From Parcubacteria group bacterium LiPW_15 (GTDB taxonomy: Bacteria; Patescibacteriota; Minisyncoccia; UBA6257; 2-01-FULL-56-20), in NCBI GenBank assembly GCA_007375645.1, contig VMER01000001.1, positions 273,211-337,210 of the forward strand: DNA of 64,000 bases. The letters run 5' to 3'. The stretch's first letter is position 1. The number at the start of each line of letters is the position of its first letter. The notes under the pieces are model-generated. The model saw only the letters and a program-made list of their open reading frames with translations. It ran no database searches and had not been told where the DNA came from. Below are positions 8,093-18,642 of the stretch, piece by piece. The position numbers were made by a program, and so were the translations under genes.

Positions 8093-8120
8093 AAAAATAC
8101 CGCTCCCGCGGTATTTTTTT
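8093..8120. terminator. Bidirectional intrinsic terminator
   Basis: AAAATACCGC-TCCC-GCGGTATTTTTT between convergent genes. Confidence 0.75.
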
Positions 8121-8133
8121 CTTACGCTTCTTT

Positions 8134-8529
8134 TTACTTCTCGATCATCCCCAGCGTCTCCTTAACTTTTCTGACCACATCTTCAATTTTCCAATCGGCC
8201 TTCACTAAATAATAGGAGGGTTCTTCTTCGGAAACTTCCCCGCTTATTTTATCGTTTGCGGAAAGATTCGTAAGAATTATCATGGGGACTTTCTTGCCAT
8301 AATCCGAAGACTGCCTTAGTTCGTGCATCATCTGCAATCCTGTTTTTTTCGGCATTATAAGATCTAGGAGTATCAGATCCGGCTTTTCAGCTAGCGCGAC
8401 CTTAAGTCCGTCCTCCCCATTCTCTGCTCTCAACACGCCGAAACCTTCACCCGCGAATTTATTCGTGAGAGCTTTGAGAACCGATCTTTCATCTTCGACT
8501 ATCAACAATATTTTTTTATCTTCCGCCAT
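8134..8529 (-). CDS. Single-domain response regulator (receiver)
   Basis: LLIVEDE, PDLILLDLIMP, IILTN, YLVK. Confidence 0.92.
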   Translation of the reverse strand: MAEDKKILLIVEDERSVLKALTNKFAGEGFGVLRAENGEDGLKVALAEKPDLILLDLIMPKKTGLQMMHELRQSSDYGKKVPMIILTNLSANDKISGEVSEEEPSYYLVKADWKIEDVVRKVKETLGMIEK

Positions 8530-8556
8530 GTTGTTTCTTATTATAGATTATCTTAT

Positions 8557-11500
8557 TCAGCCATCCAAACTTCTGGCCCCGGTTCTCTGTTTCATGCCGC
8601 TTATGGGGATGGTCACCGAGAAAGTCGTTCCGACATTCTCTTCGGACTCAAAACTAACGGCGCCTCCCGACTTCTCCACGATCTCTTTGACGATATAAAG
8701 TCCGAGCCCCGTGCCGTCTGTTTCTACCGGAATTATATTGTCGGCGCGGAAAAATTTTTCGAACACTCTCTCCTGTTGATTCAACGGTATTCCATATCCA
8801 TTGTCCAAAACCTTCACCACTACATCACGCTCCGTTTTAGAAATAAAAATTGATATTTTCCCTCCGTCCGGAGTGTATTTAACGGAATTGGAGATTAAAT
8901 TCTGAAGTATCATGCGCGTCAGATTCGGGTCGATGTTTATCAATTTTGGCACATCTTCGGAATAATTACTGACAACAACTTGGTTTTTTGTTAAAATTTT
9001 TGGCTCCAGCTCTTTTATGACCGAATTCGCGATATCCCGAATATCTGTTGGTTTAGGTTCGATAGCAAAAGTCCCGAGCTCGATACGCGACACATTGAGG
9101 AGCGCGCCCACCAATTCGGCCATCCGGCGCGAAGAGGCATAGATCTCGGAAGCATAATCTTTCTGTTTATCATTCAAAGCTCCGGCGTCGCCCCCTAAGA
9201 GCATTTCCGCATACCAATTAATGGCGGAAAGCGGAGTGCGAAGTTGATGAGAAGCCAGAGAAACAAATTCACTTTTCGAGCGATCTATCTCCTCCGCTTT
9301 GGTGATGTCGCGCTCAACGCCGACGAAAAAGATAATATTTCCATCCTCGCTCAAAATGGGACTGATGCTGAACTCCGAAAGATACGTTTCCCCGCTCTTT
9401 CGCCTATTGGTAACCTTGCCGGTGAAAGATTTTTTCTCGGTCTTAATCACGCGCCACATGTTGGTATAAAATTCTTTCGGCATTTGACCGCCCCATAAAG
9501 CCGGTGTTTTACCGATCATCTCTTTCGCCGAATATCCCGTCGTCCTTTCGGCGCCGCGATTCACGTAAATAATCTTGGCATCCGGGTCGGTAATAATAAT
9601 GTGGTCAGAGGCATTGTCGACCGCGCGCTTGAATTGCTGCAGTTCTGCAGCGGTATGTTCCAATTCTGTGAAAACCCTCTCCTTTTCCGCCTTAGTGCGA
9701 ATGCTTGCGATACTGAAAGCTAAGTCGCCCGCAAGCTCTTCGAGCATTTTCACCTCCGCAGAGTTAAAAAGATCGGCTGCTGCAGAATAGATGTTTAGAG
9801 CTCCAAAGACACGCCCCTCTAAGAGAAGCGGCACAACTGCGCTACCCACATAGCCCAACGCCCTGGCCTCTTTAAACCAAGGACCAAAATTCGGATCTTT
9901 GGAAAAATCCGGGTCTATGACAACTCGCTTCTCACGAATAGCCGTACCGGTTGGTCCCCTGCCGCGCTCCGTATCCGCCCAGCTTATATTCAGCTTTTCT
10001 ATATAACCATCGGTGTGTCCGGCCCAAGCCATAGGACGAACGGATTTGTTTTCATCATTTTCCGCATATCCGACCCACGCCATTCTATAGCCGGCGTTTT
10101 TAACAAGTATATTGCAAACATCTTTGAGGAGCTTGTCTTCGCTTGTGGCTTGAACCGCAACCTGGTTGGCTTCGCTTATGGTCATGAGCGCCCGATTCAG
10201 ATTCTGCGATTCCTCGGTCTGCTCCCGAAGCGCGGCGTCGGCCCTTCTCCGTTCGGTTATGTCCCGAAAGATACCCAAGACAAACTTTTTATCACCTATC
10301 GTTACCGGAGAAGAAGTGATGTCGGCATAAAAAATACCTCCGTCCTTTCTTTTGATCGGAATGTCCCTCGCGACGTCAACCTCTTTCCTGAGCAGTTTTT
10401 CAAATTGATCGAGTACGTGCGAAACAGCTTCGTCGGGATGAATATCGTTTATCCATAATTTTCTTATTTCGTCCGGACTAAACCCAAGCATCTTTGAAAA
10501 CGCTCCGTTGCTGTCGGAAAACTTCTTGTTTTCCAGATCCGCCAACACCATTCCGTCGCTCGCGTTATCAAATACGATTTTAAATCGCTCTTCTGCATAT
10601 GCCTTCAACTGCTCCTCGATCTTCTTGCGCTCGGTAATATCCCGAACAAGAGCGTGAAGAAAAGACTTTTTTCCGTAGTCCACCCGCGAGAGCAGCACCT
10701 CCGCCGGAAAATCTTGTCCATCTATCCTTCGGTGCGTCCATTCAAAGAAATTGTGCCCCTCGCGCATCGCCTGCTCGATCATTTCTTTGGCCTTCGCCAT
10801 GGATGGGCGCCCATCCGGCTGAGCTTCCGGTGATAATTTCCACGGCTCATATGACATAAATTCCTTCTCATCCTTCGCTTTAAACATCTCTACCGTCGCC
10901 GGGTTCCCGGAAGTAAAATTCCAGGTCGGGGGCTCCAAAGTCATAACCGCGTCCCGCGAAGAGAGAAAGAGAGTTCTATATCGATTCTCGCTGGCCCTCA
11001 CCAGTTCCTCTTCCATCTCGCGCAGATCTGCCGTCATCTTGTTCGCGATCTTAACCGCCCTGACTCTGGACTCCATCAAAAGATAAACGGCAGCGGCTAC
11101 AAGAAGCGCGATAAGCAAACCTCCGAAAAGCAAAAGCCGCGGCCCCAATCGAACATCCATATAAGCATCAAAGGCCGGAGTTGAATAAAAACCCAGCGTC
11201 CAAGTCCGGTTGCCGATGACATAGGGGCGATAAGCCACAAATCTCGGCGCATAGCCGGCCGTCTGCTTCAATAGCGGATTGGATTCATATGTCGCCGATG
11301 AAGAAGTTGCGCTGCCGCTCTCATATGCGCTTACTTCTACATAACCTTCGGGATAGGACGGAAGGATAGAGCTAAGCAGTGCTTGTGTATCAAAAACCAA
11401 AACCGCGTAGCCCTTAAGCGCCGCCCGCCTTTCTTCCACTGTATTGCGCGACAGGTTCTTTCCATAAATTGCCTTAAACACTATTACGCCGTTCCCGTTT

Positions 11501-12051
11501 ATAAAATTAACCTTAAAATCTTCGGTGGAAGTTATTATATCCTTATCCCTGGCTTCCAGCATGTCCGGAACCGAAACCTGGCCTTCGGCGATATCGAAGC
11601 CTATGGCCAGAGCGGTACTCGTCGTCACCGGCACAACGTATTTTATTGGCAGATATTCGTCCTTATCTTTTTCCGGAAAAATTTTGAAGTTCGGATACCC
11701 GTCCGGGAAAATGGCTTCGTCCTTTCGGATCGTGCTTATAAACTCGGGAAGCCCCGCCTTAGGCACTCTTTCTACATACGCGAACGCGCGCACCGCCGGA
11801 TTGTTTAGAGCTCCCACATCGTTCGCGAAAGTGGCCCATTCGCTCCTCGTGACGTCTTCGCTGGCGCTAAAAAGCTCCTGCACCGAGAAAAGCATGTTTC
11901 GGTAGAGCAATTGAAAACTCTCAACTTGGCGCAGTCTATCAAGCTGCTCGCTTTCGAATATATTATTAAATTCCGTTTGCGTGCTCGCGTTAAGCTGCGC
12001 GTAAAAAACCAAGGCTGCGGAACAAAACGCGGCGAAAACCAAAACGGACAC
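8557..12051 (-). CDS. Sensor histidine kinase (CHASE-TM-PAS-PAS-GAF-PAS-HisKA-HATPase)
   Basis: CHASE-like VTRSEWATF...YLPIKYV.P...AIGFD; RDITER PAC ends; GRGPTGTAIR GAF; SHQLRTPL H-box; NSVKYT, DNGYGIP, GTGLGL. Confidence 0.92.
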   Translation of the reverse strand: MSVLVFAAFCSAALVFYAQLNASTQTEFNNIFESEQLDRLRQVESFQLLYRNMLFSVQELFSASEDVTRSEWATFANDVGALNNPAVRAFAYVERVPKAGLPEFISTIRKDEAIFPDGYPNFKIFPEKDKDEYLPIKYVVPVTTSTALAIGFDIAEGQVSVPDMLEARDKDIITSTEDFKVNFINGNGVIVFKAIYGKNLSRNTVEERRAALKGYAVLVFDTQALLSSILPSYPEGYVEVSAYESGSATSSSATYESNPLLKQTAGYAPRFVAYRPYVIGNRTWTLGFYSTPAFDAYMDVRLGPRLLLFGGLLIALLVAAAVYLLMESRVRAVKIANKMTADLREMEEELVRASENRYRTLFLSSRDAVMTLEPPTWNFTSGNPATVEMFKAKDEKEFMSYEPWKLSPEAQPDGRPSMAKAKEMIEQAMREGHNFFEWTHRRIDGQDFPAEVLLSRVDYGKKSFLHALVRDITERKKIEEQLKAYAEERFKIVFDNASDGMVLADLENKKFSDSNGAFSKMLGFSPDEIRKLWINDIHPDEAVSHVLDQFEKLLRKEVDVARDIPIKRKDGGIFYADITSSPVTIGDKKFVLGIFRDITERRRADAALREQTEESQNLNRALMTISEANQVAVQATSEDKLLKDVCNILVKNAGYRMAWVGYAENDENKSVRPMAWAGHTDGYIEKLNISWADTERGRGPTGTAIREKRVVIDPDFSKDPNFGPWFKEARALGYVGSAVVPLLLEGRVFGALNIYSAAADLFNSAEVKMLEELAGDLAFSIASIRTKAEKERVFTELEHTAAELQQFKRAVDNASDHIIITDPDAKIIYVNRGAERTTGYSAKEMIGKTPALWGGQMPKEFYTNMWRVIKTEKKSFTGKVTNRRKSGETYLSEFSISPILSEDGNIIFFVGVERDITKAEEIDRSKSEFVSLASHQLRTPLSAINWYAEMLLGGDAGALNDKQKDYASEIYASSRRMAELVGALLNVSRIELGTFAIEPKPTDIRDIANSVIKELEPKILTKNQVVVSNYSEDVPKLINIDPNLTRMILQNLISNSVKYTPDGGKISIFISKTERDVVVKVLDNGYGIPLNQQERVFEKFFRADNIIPVETDGTGLGLYIVKEIVEKSGGAVSFESEENVGTTFSVTIPISGMKQRTGARSLDG

Positions 12052-12125
12052 CAGTAGAGATCTCCAGGAAAAAGTAATGTGCTTATTTTCTGCGTGCTCC
12101 TCTGTAATGTGTAATACTATTTAGA

Positions 12126-12497
12126 TTATTTTATTTCCGTTAGCACGCTTTTAACTTTCTCCACGATCTCGTTTATCGGGTGCTGACTCTTAACAAAATA
12201 GTCTGCGGCGCCAAGCGTTAACGCCTTTTTTATGTCGCTATCTTCTCCAAGATTGGAGACGACCACGATTGGTATCAGCTTCATTCCCGCATCCTCCTTG
12301 ATCTCCTCCAAAACAAGAAAGCCGTTCTTTTTGGGCAACACCAAATCCAAGACTATGACGTCCGGCTTGCCATCCCGCGCCATAGTTATAGCCACCTCTC
12401 CGTCGGAAGCCACTAGGCATTCAAACCCGGAACGCTCGAACTTTTCCTTTAGAACCTTGGAAAGAACTGCTTCGTCTTCGACGATTAAAATTTTCAT
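12126..12497 (-). CDS. Single-domain response regulator (receiver)
   Basis: MKILIVEDE, PDVIVLDLVLP, LGAADYFVK. Confidence 0.93.
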   Translation of the reverse strand: MKILIVEDEAVLSKVLKEKFERSGFECLVASDGEVAITMARDGKPDVIVLDLVLPKKNGFLVLEEIKEDAGMKLIPIVVVSNLGEDSDIKKALTLGAADYFVKSQHPINEIVEKVKSVLTEIK

Positions 12498-12572
12498 ATT
12501 ATTTATTTTTTGTTATTGTCCGCCTTGTCTTATTGCGACTTTTCGCCTTAAAAACACTGATTATATTATACC

Positions 12573-14306
12573 TTAATCCTGCATTTCCTCCACATTTTCG
12601 GACATATAACGCTTCATTTTCTCGAGATTATCCCGCATCCGCTTGAGATAAAATTCGATTTCTTTGGCCTCAGACTCGTTTATCTTTTCGTCGCTGTAGT
12701 CGTCCAGCATTTTGTCTATGTCCTTTCGGAGTGAATTGAAAATAACGGAAATGTCCCGCTGGGCTATGACCACCTTCCTCCCCCGCTGTTCCTTGGCCAG
12801 TTTTTGCGTAAAATATCCGGCGAAGAAGCCGCCGATCAAAAGAAGCAAAAGAAAGACCGCCAATGTTCCCGAAGTTATTTCCAATCCGAAAATAATAAAG
12901 AGCGGTCTGGGGCGTACGCTAAAATCCGTTTTGATCGGAAAACTCGTAGCGCCGCGCGCGTCTTTGGCCAAGATTTCCAAATAATAGGCTCCCGCCTTTC
13001 GGGGTAGGTCAAAAGTAGCGCTCCAGTTTCCATTGGCATCCGGAATCGGATCCGCGTTCGCAATAAGGTCCCCGTTTTTACCCTCCATGGAGATAGACGG
13101 CGTTGTCCCCGTCGCCGCCGAACCGTTTATCTGAAGCGGACCTTCACCCAAATATGTGTCTTTGGTTATAAAGGTCACGGTTGGTCCGGCTATCGGCACC
13201 ACGTTCAAAGTAATATTATTCTCGGCCGCGTTCCCCGCTTTATCGATCGCCCGCACCAAAACGGTGTGCTCACCCGGCGCCTGAACGGGCAGCGTGTAAG
13301 AAGTCGATGTGGATACGAACAGTTCCTTGCCGTCAACGCGTATCTCGTAATGATCTATACCCGAAAGCGCGTCTTGTGTTTCGTAAAATATTTTTGGAGT
13401 CGGATTATCGCTCGACACATTATCCGCCTTAAGTTTAAACGGCAAAGGTGAGGCGGTATCGATAGATATTCCGTAATACGCGGCCGGCCCCCAGCCCTTG
13501 AGATTTTGGAATTGTACTCGCGCGTACCAAATTCCGTCATCCAAAACGCCCAGATCTTTTCCGTTAACAAGCTCCCGTTCCGGCGTGCCGGTTTCGGATG
13601 TTTTTGCGCGCACGACCCGAGCGGAAACATCCGTAATATCCGCCGGAACATCCCAGAAAACGACGGTGTCCCCAACCTGGCTATACCATTTGGTTTCATC
13701 CGGATACAAAGGAATCCTGAGTTTCGGTGCCGCCGGTAAACCGGTAGCCGGCGCTGGCGCCCTGCTGATCACCGCCGGTTGTTCCTGCGCGGATTGTCCC
13801 GACGGAGTTACGGAAACGGCTACACCGACGCCGATTGTTCCGTTTTGGATCCCGTCCAAAATGTTGGTGCCCTTCCCGTCGTTTGAAGTTATCGCGGCAT
13901 CGGAAGCGGATATCACGGCGGAGCCGGAGCCCACCGCTTTAAAATTAATGGTTAAAACCGAAAGGGCCGCTCCGGAAATGCCGGCGGTAGTCCCTCCGAT
14001 AAATTTTATTGTCCCATCGCTATTCGAAATATTCGGCCCGTCCAGCCAAAATCCGAATGCACTGTTTTTTGTGTCAAAACTTGTCGCCTGCAGTTTATCC
14101 GGCGGAAAGCTGATGGTCGCTTGCGCCGCGTTAATCGAGGCGCTGGAACTGTTGATTCTTACATACACCGTTATCTGATCCCCTCGACGGACCGTGCCGC
14201 TCGCCGGAATAATAGAAAGCGTCGCCGCGGACGCCGCTGAGACGCAAAACATCGCCCAAAGCGACAAAACTACAGTTACGCCAGTTAAATATTTTTTAAT
14301 TTTCAT
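12573..14306 (-). CDS. Membrane-anchored surface protein with cohesin-like and Ig-like domains
   Basis: Signal peptide; cohesin-like N-terminus (V.V.INS...INAAQATISFPPDKL...GTIKF.GG); Ig-like RAIDKAGN; C-terminal TM plus cytoplasmic coil. Confidence 0.7.
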   Translation of the reverse strand: MKIKKYLTGVTVVLSLWAMFCVSAASAATLSIIPASGTVRRGDQITVYVRINSSSASINAAQATISFPPDKLQATSFDTKNSAFGFWLDGPNISNSDGTIKFIGGTTAGISGAALSVLTINFKAVGSGSAVISASDAAITSNDGKGTNILDGIQNGTIGVGVAVSVTPSGQSAQEQPAVISRAPAPATGLPAAPKLRIPLYPDETKWYSQVGDTVVFWDVPADITDVSARVVRAKTSETGTPERELVNGKDLGVLDDGIWYARVQFQNLKGWGPAAYYGISIDTASPLPFKLKADNVSSDNPTPKIFYETQDALSGIDHYEIRVDGKELFVSTSTSYTLPVQAPGEHTVLVRAIDKAGNAAENNITLNVVPIAGPTVTFITKDTYLGEGPLQINGSAATGTTPSISMEGKNGDLIANADPIPDANGNWSATFDLPRKAGAYYLEILAKDARGATSFPIKTDFSVRPRPLFIIFGLEITSGTLAVFLLLLLIGGFFAGYFTQKLAKEQRGRKVVIAQRDISVIFNSLRKDIDKMLDDYSDEKINESEAKEIEFYLKRMRDNLEKMKRYMSENVEEMQD

Positions 14307-14354
14307 TTTATTTAGTTATCAAGAATATATGGTTATTATAGCAGACGGCCTTTT

Positions 14355-17225
14355 TTATTGGGAATTTCTTGCTTGCTGGAATGCGTTTAGAAATATGCTG
14401 AAATCTATGATGTCTATTTTGCCGTCGCGATTAAAATCGATGGTCCCCCGCGTTTTCTTGTCCTCGGTGCGCCATCGGGAAAGAAAAATACTCCAATCCG
14501 AAATAGTTGCCGATTGATCCCCGTTCAGATCAACAACGGATTTCGCTTCTGTTGTGAGATTGAAGGTTTTTTGAAGTGATGGATCGCTTGTTTTTCCGGA
14601 AAATATTTCTTTGGCGTAAACCGAATGGGAGCCCAATGAAAGCCCCGTACTCGTCGCCGCAAAAGTATAATATCCGGAAGAATCCGGTTTCGTACTGCCA
14701 ACCGTCTTCCCGTCGACAAATAAACTGACTGTCGCTCCGGGAATGGCGTAACCATTCAAAAATATCGGACTTTTGCTCCCGATCACGCTCGAATCAAGCA
14801 CCAATGTTGGCGGGAGAATTATGTCTTTGATCGTCCAATCGACGCCTGCGACCGCAAGCTGAGCAAAAGAAATTATCGCCGTGGAATTATTGTTCTTATC
14901 TTTGGCTTGTATGGCAAAGAAATAATCTGCCTGCAAAAAGTTTTCGAGCGAGACTTCAAAACTTCCGTTATTGGCGATAGTTACGGTTTTGAAAGGAACG
15001 CTTGCGTATACTCCGCTCACGGAACTCTTGGTAAAAATTTGTATGTCCGCGCCGGGATACGCGTAACCGTAAAAATGAGCATTGGCCGGACCGTAGCCGC
15101 TTAGATTCACCGGCGGCGCGGAAGAACTCGGCTGCGGACTGGTTCCGGAAGAAACCGTAACCGTGGCGACCGCAGTATCGGAACCGGCGACATTGGTACA
15201 AGTGAGCGTATAAGCGCTGGTCGTTTGCGGCTGAGTCGTGGTCGCGGTTCCGATTATGCCGCCCGAACCGATAGTCGCGTTACCGGGGTCGGTGATCGCG
15301 CAAGTGGTAGCCGCGCCGATAGCGCTCCAGGTGAAAGTTATCGTTTGTGACTCGCCGATCGATACGCTCGAAGGAGACGCATCGAAACTCTGTATGGTCG
15401 GAGCAACCGGGGCGCTTGATACCGTAAGCGTTTGCGCATTGGAAGTTCCTCCGCCCGGAGTCGGATTAAATACCGTTATCGATCTGGTTCCGGCCGAAGA
15501 AATATCTGAGGCGAGAATGTTGGCCGAAAGCTGGGTTGAAGATGCAAATGTCGTCGTTCGATTTGATCCCCCTATCCGCACAACAGAATCACCATCGAAT
15601 CCGGAACCGTTTACGATTAAAGAGAAACCGGATCCGCCTGCGGCAACCGTAGTCGGAGAAATAGAGGTTGTAACCGGCGCGGCATGTGTCGGCGAAAAAG
15701 GCGAACCGGACGGAACAACGCCTGCCGCATAATTCCCGCTCGTATCACGGCTCAAGAGTTTGTAATGATAGTTCGTGCCTCCGGTAAGTCCGGAGTCTGT
15801 GCATCCCGTGCCCGGAGACGCGGTTACGCAAGCGACGATTGAGGCTCCGATTGAATTGCCGACGGTGTATACGGTTCCCTCGACAGGCGTATCGGTTACT
15901 GCGCTTGTGGAACGCAAGGCGACAATGCTGTGTAGATCGGCGTCTCCCGGATTTGTCCAAGAAAGAGAAACTTGGGCGACACCCGCCGTGCCGGAAGCTC
16001 CGGTCACATCCGCTGGCGACTGATTATCAACGGTAATTGTGGCCGAAGAAGCGTCGGATCCCGCCTGCGAATTGGTGCCGGTAAAAGAAGTTACTGTGCC
16101 GGTTACGGAATAAGCGGAACCGGGAACTGCGGGCATATTGGCGTGGCTTTTCGGAGTGATTCTCACCTTGAACTGAACCGGGCTTGTGGAAACCGGGATG
16201 CCGCAACCGGAAAGCGCCACCGTATTTGAAACCGGATCGTTCTCTGAACAATAAGTCGTTGCTCCGTCGTTTGAAGTGATTGCGACTGAAGACAAACTGC
16301 TTGTGGTGTTTGCTCCGAGCGTTACGGTCGCGGCAGTCACGGTATCGCTGCCGTCCGTAGTTTGGAGAGTGAAAGAGTCCAGATCCGTAGCCGAAGCTCC
16401 GGGAGCGATCGTGGCGTTAGAAGGATCTGTGCCGTTGGCAAGCGTGGTAACCGGCGGCTGAAGCGAAATTGTCATCATACCTTTTACGGTGGCAGTAGCA
16501 AAAGTTACAGTCGTTGTTGAGTAAGCGCCCGCTGTCGCTTTTTGGCCATCGAAGACCGTTAGGCCTCCGCCGTCACCGGTACCGGTTTCCGCGTTAACTC
16601 GCACAGCAGAGATGTTTGCCAAACTGGAATTCACAACCGTAGCAATCGGAGTGTCGGCAGCAGTCGCGCCGGCCCCGACAATCACAACAAGACGATCCGG
16701 ACCGATTGTGGTTGCTCCCGCAATATCCCCGGACACATCACTCGTGGCGTCGACAGAACCAGATGTAACGTCCCATGGATTTCCCGTGGTTACGACACCT
16801 CTATAAGCGCAAATGGATCCACCTTGGTGGTTTCCGGAATCGGAAGTTGTGGGATCGCCTTGAGTGCCGTTATACCGCGACCAAAAAACGGTAAGCGTGA
16901 CTGCGCCACTGGGAGACTGCGGAGAACCGGAAACTTCGGTCCACGTTCCCCCGTTTCCGTTAGCGATAGTGATTGCTTGACCCGATGTTTCTAAAAATAG
17001 CAGTAGAATATCATTGGCCGCGATACCTGCAGGTAAGACTGGTGTGATTGCTGCAGCGGCGCCCGCGGCGGCACCGCAGCCGACAAAGGTTGGGATTGCG
17101 GCGTTGGCGGACGGTATCCCCCAGATCAGACCGGAAAATCCGCCGGTCAAAAAGACTGCGCAAAAAAATACAACAAATAGAAATTTGCTGGTTGAGCTAG
17201 TCGAATTTTTTTTCTCTTTTTTCAT
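14355..17225 (-). CDS. Large secreted Ser/Thr-rich Ig/FN3/IPT-domain protein with C-terminal dockerin-like repeats
   Basis: Likely start MKKEKK (17225); VSLSWTNP (FN3-like); IPT-like ISPTTV...VNGSGF; DLNGD...ISDWSIFL and DFNRDGKIDIIDFSIFL. Confidence 0.7.
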   Translation of the reverse strand: MKKEKKNSTSSTSKFLFVVFFCAVFLTGGFSGLIWGIPSANAAIPTFVGCGAAAGAAAAITPVLPAGIAANDILLLFLETSGQAITIANGNGGTWTEVSGSPQSPSGAVTLTVFWSRYNGTQGDPTTSDSGNHQGGSICAYRGVVTTGNPWDVTSGSVDATSDVSGDIAGATTIGPDRLVVIVGAGATAADTPIATVVNSSLANISAVRVNAETGTGDGGGLTVFDGQKATAGAYSTTTVTFATATVKGMMTISLQPPVTTLANGTDPSNATIAPGASATDLDSFTLQTTDGSDTVTAATVTLGANTTSSLSSVAITSNDGATTYCSENDPVSNTVALSGCGIPVSTSPVQFKVRITPKSHANMPAVPGSAYSVTGTVTSFTGTNSQAGSDASSATITVDNQSPADVTGASGTAGVAQVSLSWTNPGDADLHSIVALRSTSAVTDTPVEGTVYTVGNSIGASIVACVTASPGTGCTDSGLTGGTNYHYKLLSRDTSGNYAAGVVPSGSPFSPTHAAPVTTSISPTTVAAGGSGFSLIVNGSGFDGDSVVRIGGSNRTTTFASSTQLSANILASDISSAGTRSITVFNPTPGGGTSNAQTLTVSSAPVAPTIQSFDASPSSVSIGESQTITFTWSAIGAATTCAITDPGNATIGSGGIIGTATTTQPQTTSAYTLTCTNVAGSDTAVATVTVSSGTSPQPSSSAPPVNLSGYGPANAHFYGYAYPGADIQIFTKSSVSGVYASVPFKTVTIANNGSFEVSLENFLQADYFFAIQAKDKNNNSTAIISFAQLAVAGVDWTIKDIILPPTLVLDSSVIGSKSPIFLNGYAIPGATVSLFVDGKTVGSTKPDSSGYYTFAATSTGLSLGSHSVYAKEIFSGKTSDPSLQKTFNLTTEAKSVVDLNGDQSATISDWSIFLSRWRTEDKKTRGTIDFNRDGKIDIIDFSIFLNAFQQARNSQ

Positions 17226-17358
17226 GGAACAGCGTTTTAACGCTCCGATACGCTTTATTCGACTTCCGCGAGATGCCGCCCGGCTGGTGCAATCCACACG
17301 CCAGCAATCTATTGATAGATATAGTATAGCAAAGACAAAAGAATTGTGTGGGATAACA

Positions 17359-17398
17359 AAAACCCGCCCGACGCGAATGCGTTTAGGGCGGGTTTTTG
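17359..17398 (-). terminator. Terminator after rplL
   Basis: AAAACCCGCCC...GGGCGGGTTTTT hairpin. Confidence 0.7.
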
Positions 17399-17405
17399 AT
17401 TGTGA

Positions 17406-17443
17406 GCTATCTACTATCTGCTATCTACCATCTACTATTCACT
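17406..17443. repeat. Degenerate heptamer tandem repeat (RCTATCT)n
   Basis: GCTATCT ACTATCT GCTATCT ACCATCT ACTATTC; similar tracts at 19088-19118 and 23864-23901. Confidence 0.7.
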
Positions 17444-17456
17444 GTATTTACGGTAT

Positions 17457-17819
17457 TTACAGTATCTCTACAGTCGCTCCGGCTTCCTCAAGTTTCTTCT
17501 TGAGCTCGTCGGCTTCTTCCTTCTTCAAGCCTTCTTTGACCATCTTCGGAGCGCCATCAACCAAGTCCTTCGCCTCCTTGAGGCCAAGACCGGTCACTTC
17601 GCGCACAACCTTGATGACATTGAGCTTCATATCGCCCGCAGCTTTCAAGTTAACGTTGAAAGAGGTCTTCTCTTCGGCGGCAACGGCAGGACCGGCGGCG
17701 GCCACAGGGGCGGCGGCGGAAATGCCAAACTTCTCTTCCATTGCCTTTACGAGCTCAACGAGTTCGCCGACGGACAATTTTTCTACTTCGGAAATTATGC
17801 TGTTGAATTTATCGGACAT
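17457..17819 (-). CDS. rplL: 50S ribosomal protein bL12
   Basis: [35 protein letters not shown]. Confidence 0.98.
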   Translation of the reverse strand: MSDKFNSIISEVEKLSVGELVELVKAMEEKFGISAAAPVAAAGPAVAAEEKTSFNVNLKAAGDMKLNVIKVVREVTGLGLKEAKDLVDGAPKMVKEGLKKEEADELKKKLEEAGATVEIL

Positions 17820-17850
17820 GTTATTTGTTTAAGTTAGTTTATCTTCGACC

Positions 17851-18366
17851 TTAAGCTTTCTTAGATTTCTCTACCATCAAATACATAAAGGATTTGATAG
17901 GCGCGATGAACATTCCAAGGACCATAGAAAGCGCGACTTCTCTTGGCGGCAATTGGCCGTAGAAAAGTATCATCTCTCTCGTGGCCATTTCTTTCTTTGC
18001 AAGATCCAATCCGCCCAAGATCTTCGTCATCGCCGCGGCTTTGGCTTCTTTGTCTTCGCCGAGCGAACTGAAAAACTTGTAAACGGCAGAGCTCGCGGTC
18101 TCAAGACCGTTTCCGGAGAAAACTGTTCCCAGCGATCCGGCAAACTGCTTGGAGTCGAACTCGATTCCCTTCTCCTTTAAAGCCACGCCCAAAAGACGTT
18201 TCTTTAAAACGAGCATGGAATTTCCCGCGGCGCGAACTGCGCGGCGCAGGTTTCGAAGGTCTTCCGCGGAAACTTTATTGAAGTCCACGAAAACCAAGGC
18301 ATCGCTCTTTTTAAGGAGTTCCTTCGCTTCACCGACTTCCACTTCTTTTTGTGCTTTTGTTTTCAT
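17851..18366 (-). CDS. rplJ: 50S ribosomal protein uL10
   Basis: Upstream of rplL; VFVDF..V....LRNLRR, VLKKRLL, LPPRE; preceded by an L10 leader. Confidence 0.93.
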   Translation of the reverse strand: MKTKAQKEVEVGEAKELLKKSDALVFVDFNKVSAEDLRNLRRAVRAAGNSMLVLKKRLLGVALKEKGIEFDSKQFAGSLGTVFSGNGLETASSAVYKFFSSLGEDKEAKAAAMTKILGGLDLAKKEMATREMILFYGQLPPREVALSMVLGMFIAPIKSFMYLMVEKSKKA

Positions 18367-18425
18367 GCCAAATTTGTTTTAATTTTTGGCCTCTCCTTTG
18401 TAGAAAATTATCTACAAATTTGAGC

Positions 18426-18592
18426 ACCCGGTGAGATAGGCGAAGCCGCCATCTCACGGGGTTTTTATTAGCTAGGCTCGCTATCTCGCCAAGATAATAA
18501 AAAAAACGACCTTTTATTCCAAAAGTCGCACAAGTGCGAGCATGTAGTCCCGTTAGAAGTAGTTTGTTTTAACAAACGTAAATTCTAATGGG
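18426..18592. repeat. Two REP-like hairpins in the rplJ leader
   Basis: ACCCGGTGAGAT...ATCTCACGGGGT (18426-18462) and CCCGTTAGAA...TTCTAATGGG (18549-18592). Confidence 0.55.
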
Positions 18593-18642
18593 AACCCTCG
18601 GCAGGTCTTAGGCCCTTTCGGGTTCGCCTGCTGTCTTTGGAA
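18593..18642 (-). ncRNA. Ribosomal protein L10 leader (cis-regulatory RNA core)
   Basis: Minus strand AAGACAGCAGG...CCTGCCGAGG fits the L10-leader core; upstream of rplJ; promoter TTGACT-16-TATACT at 18652-18679. Confidence 0.8.
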
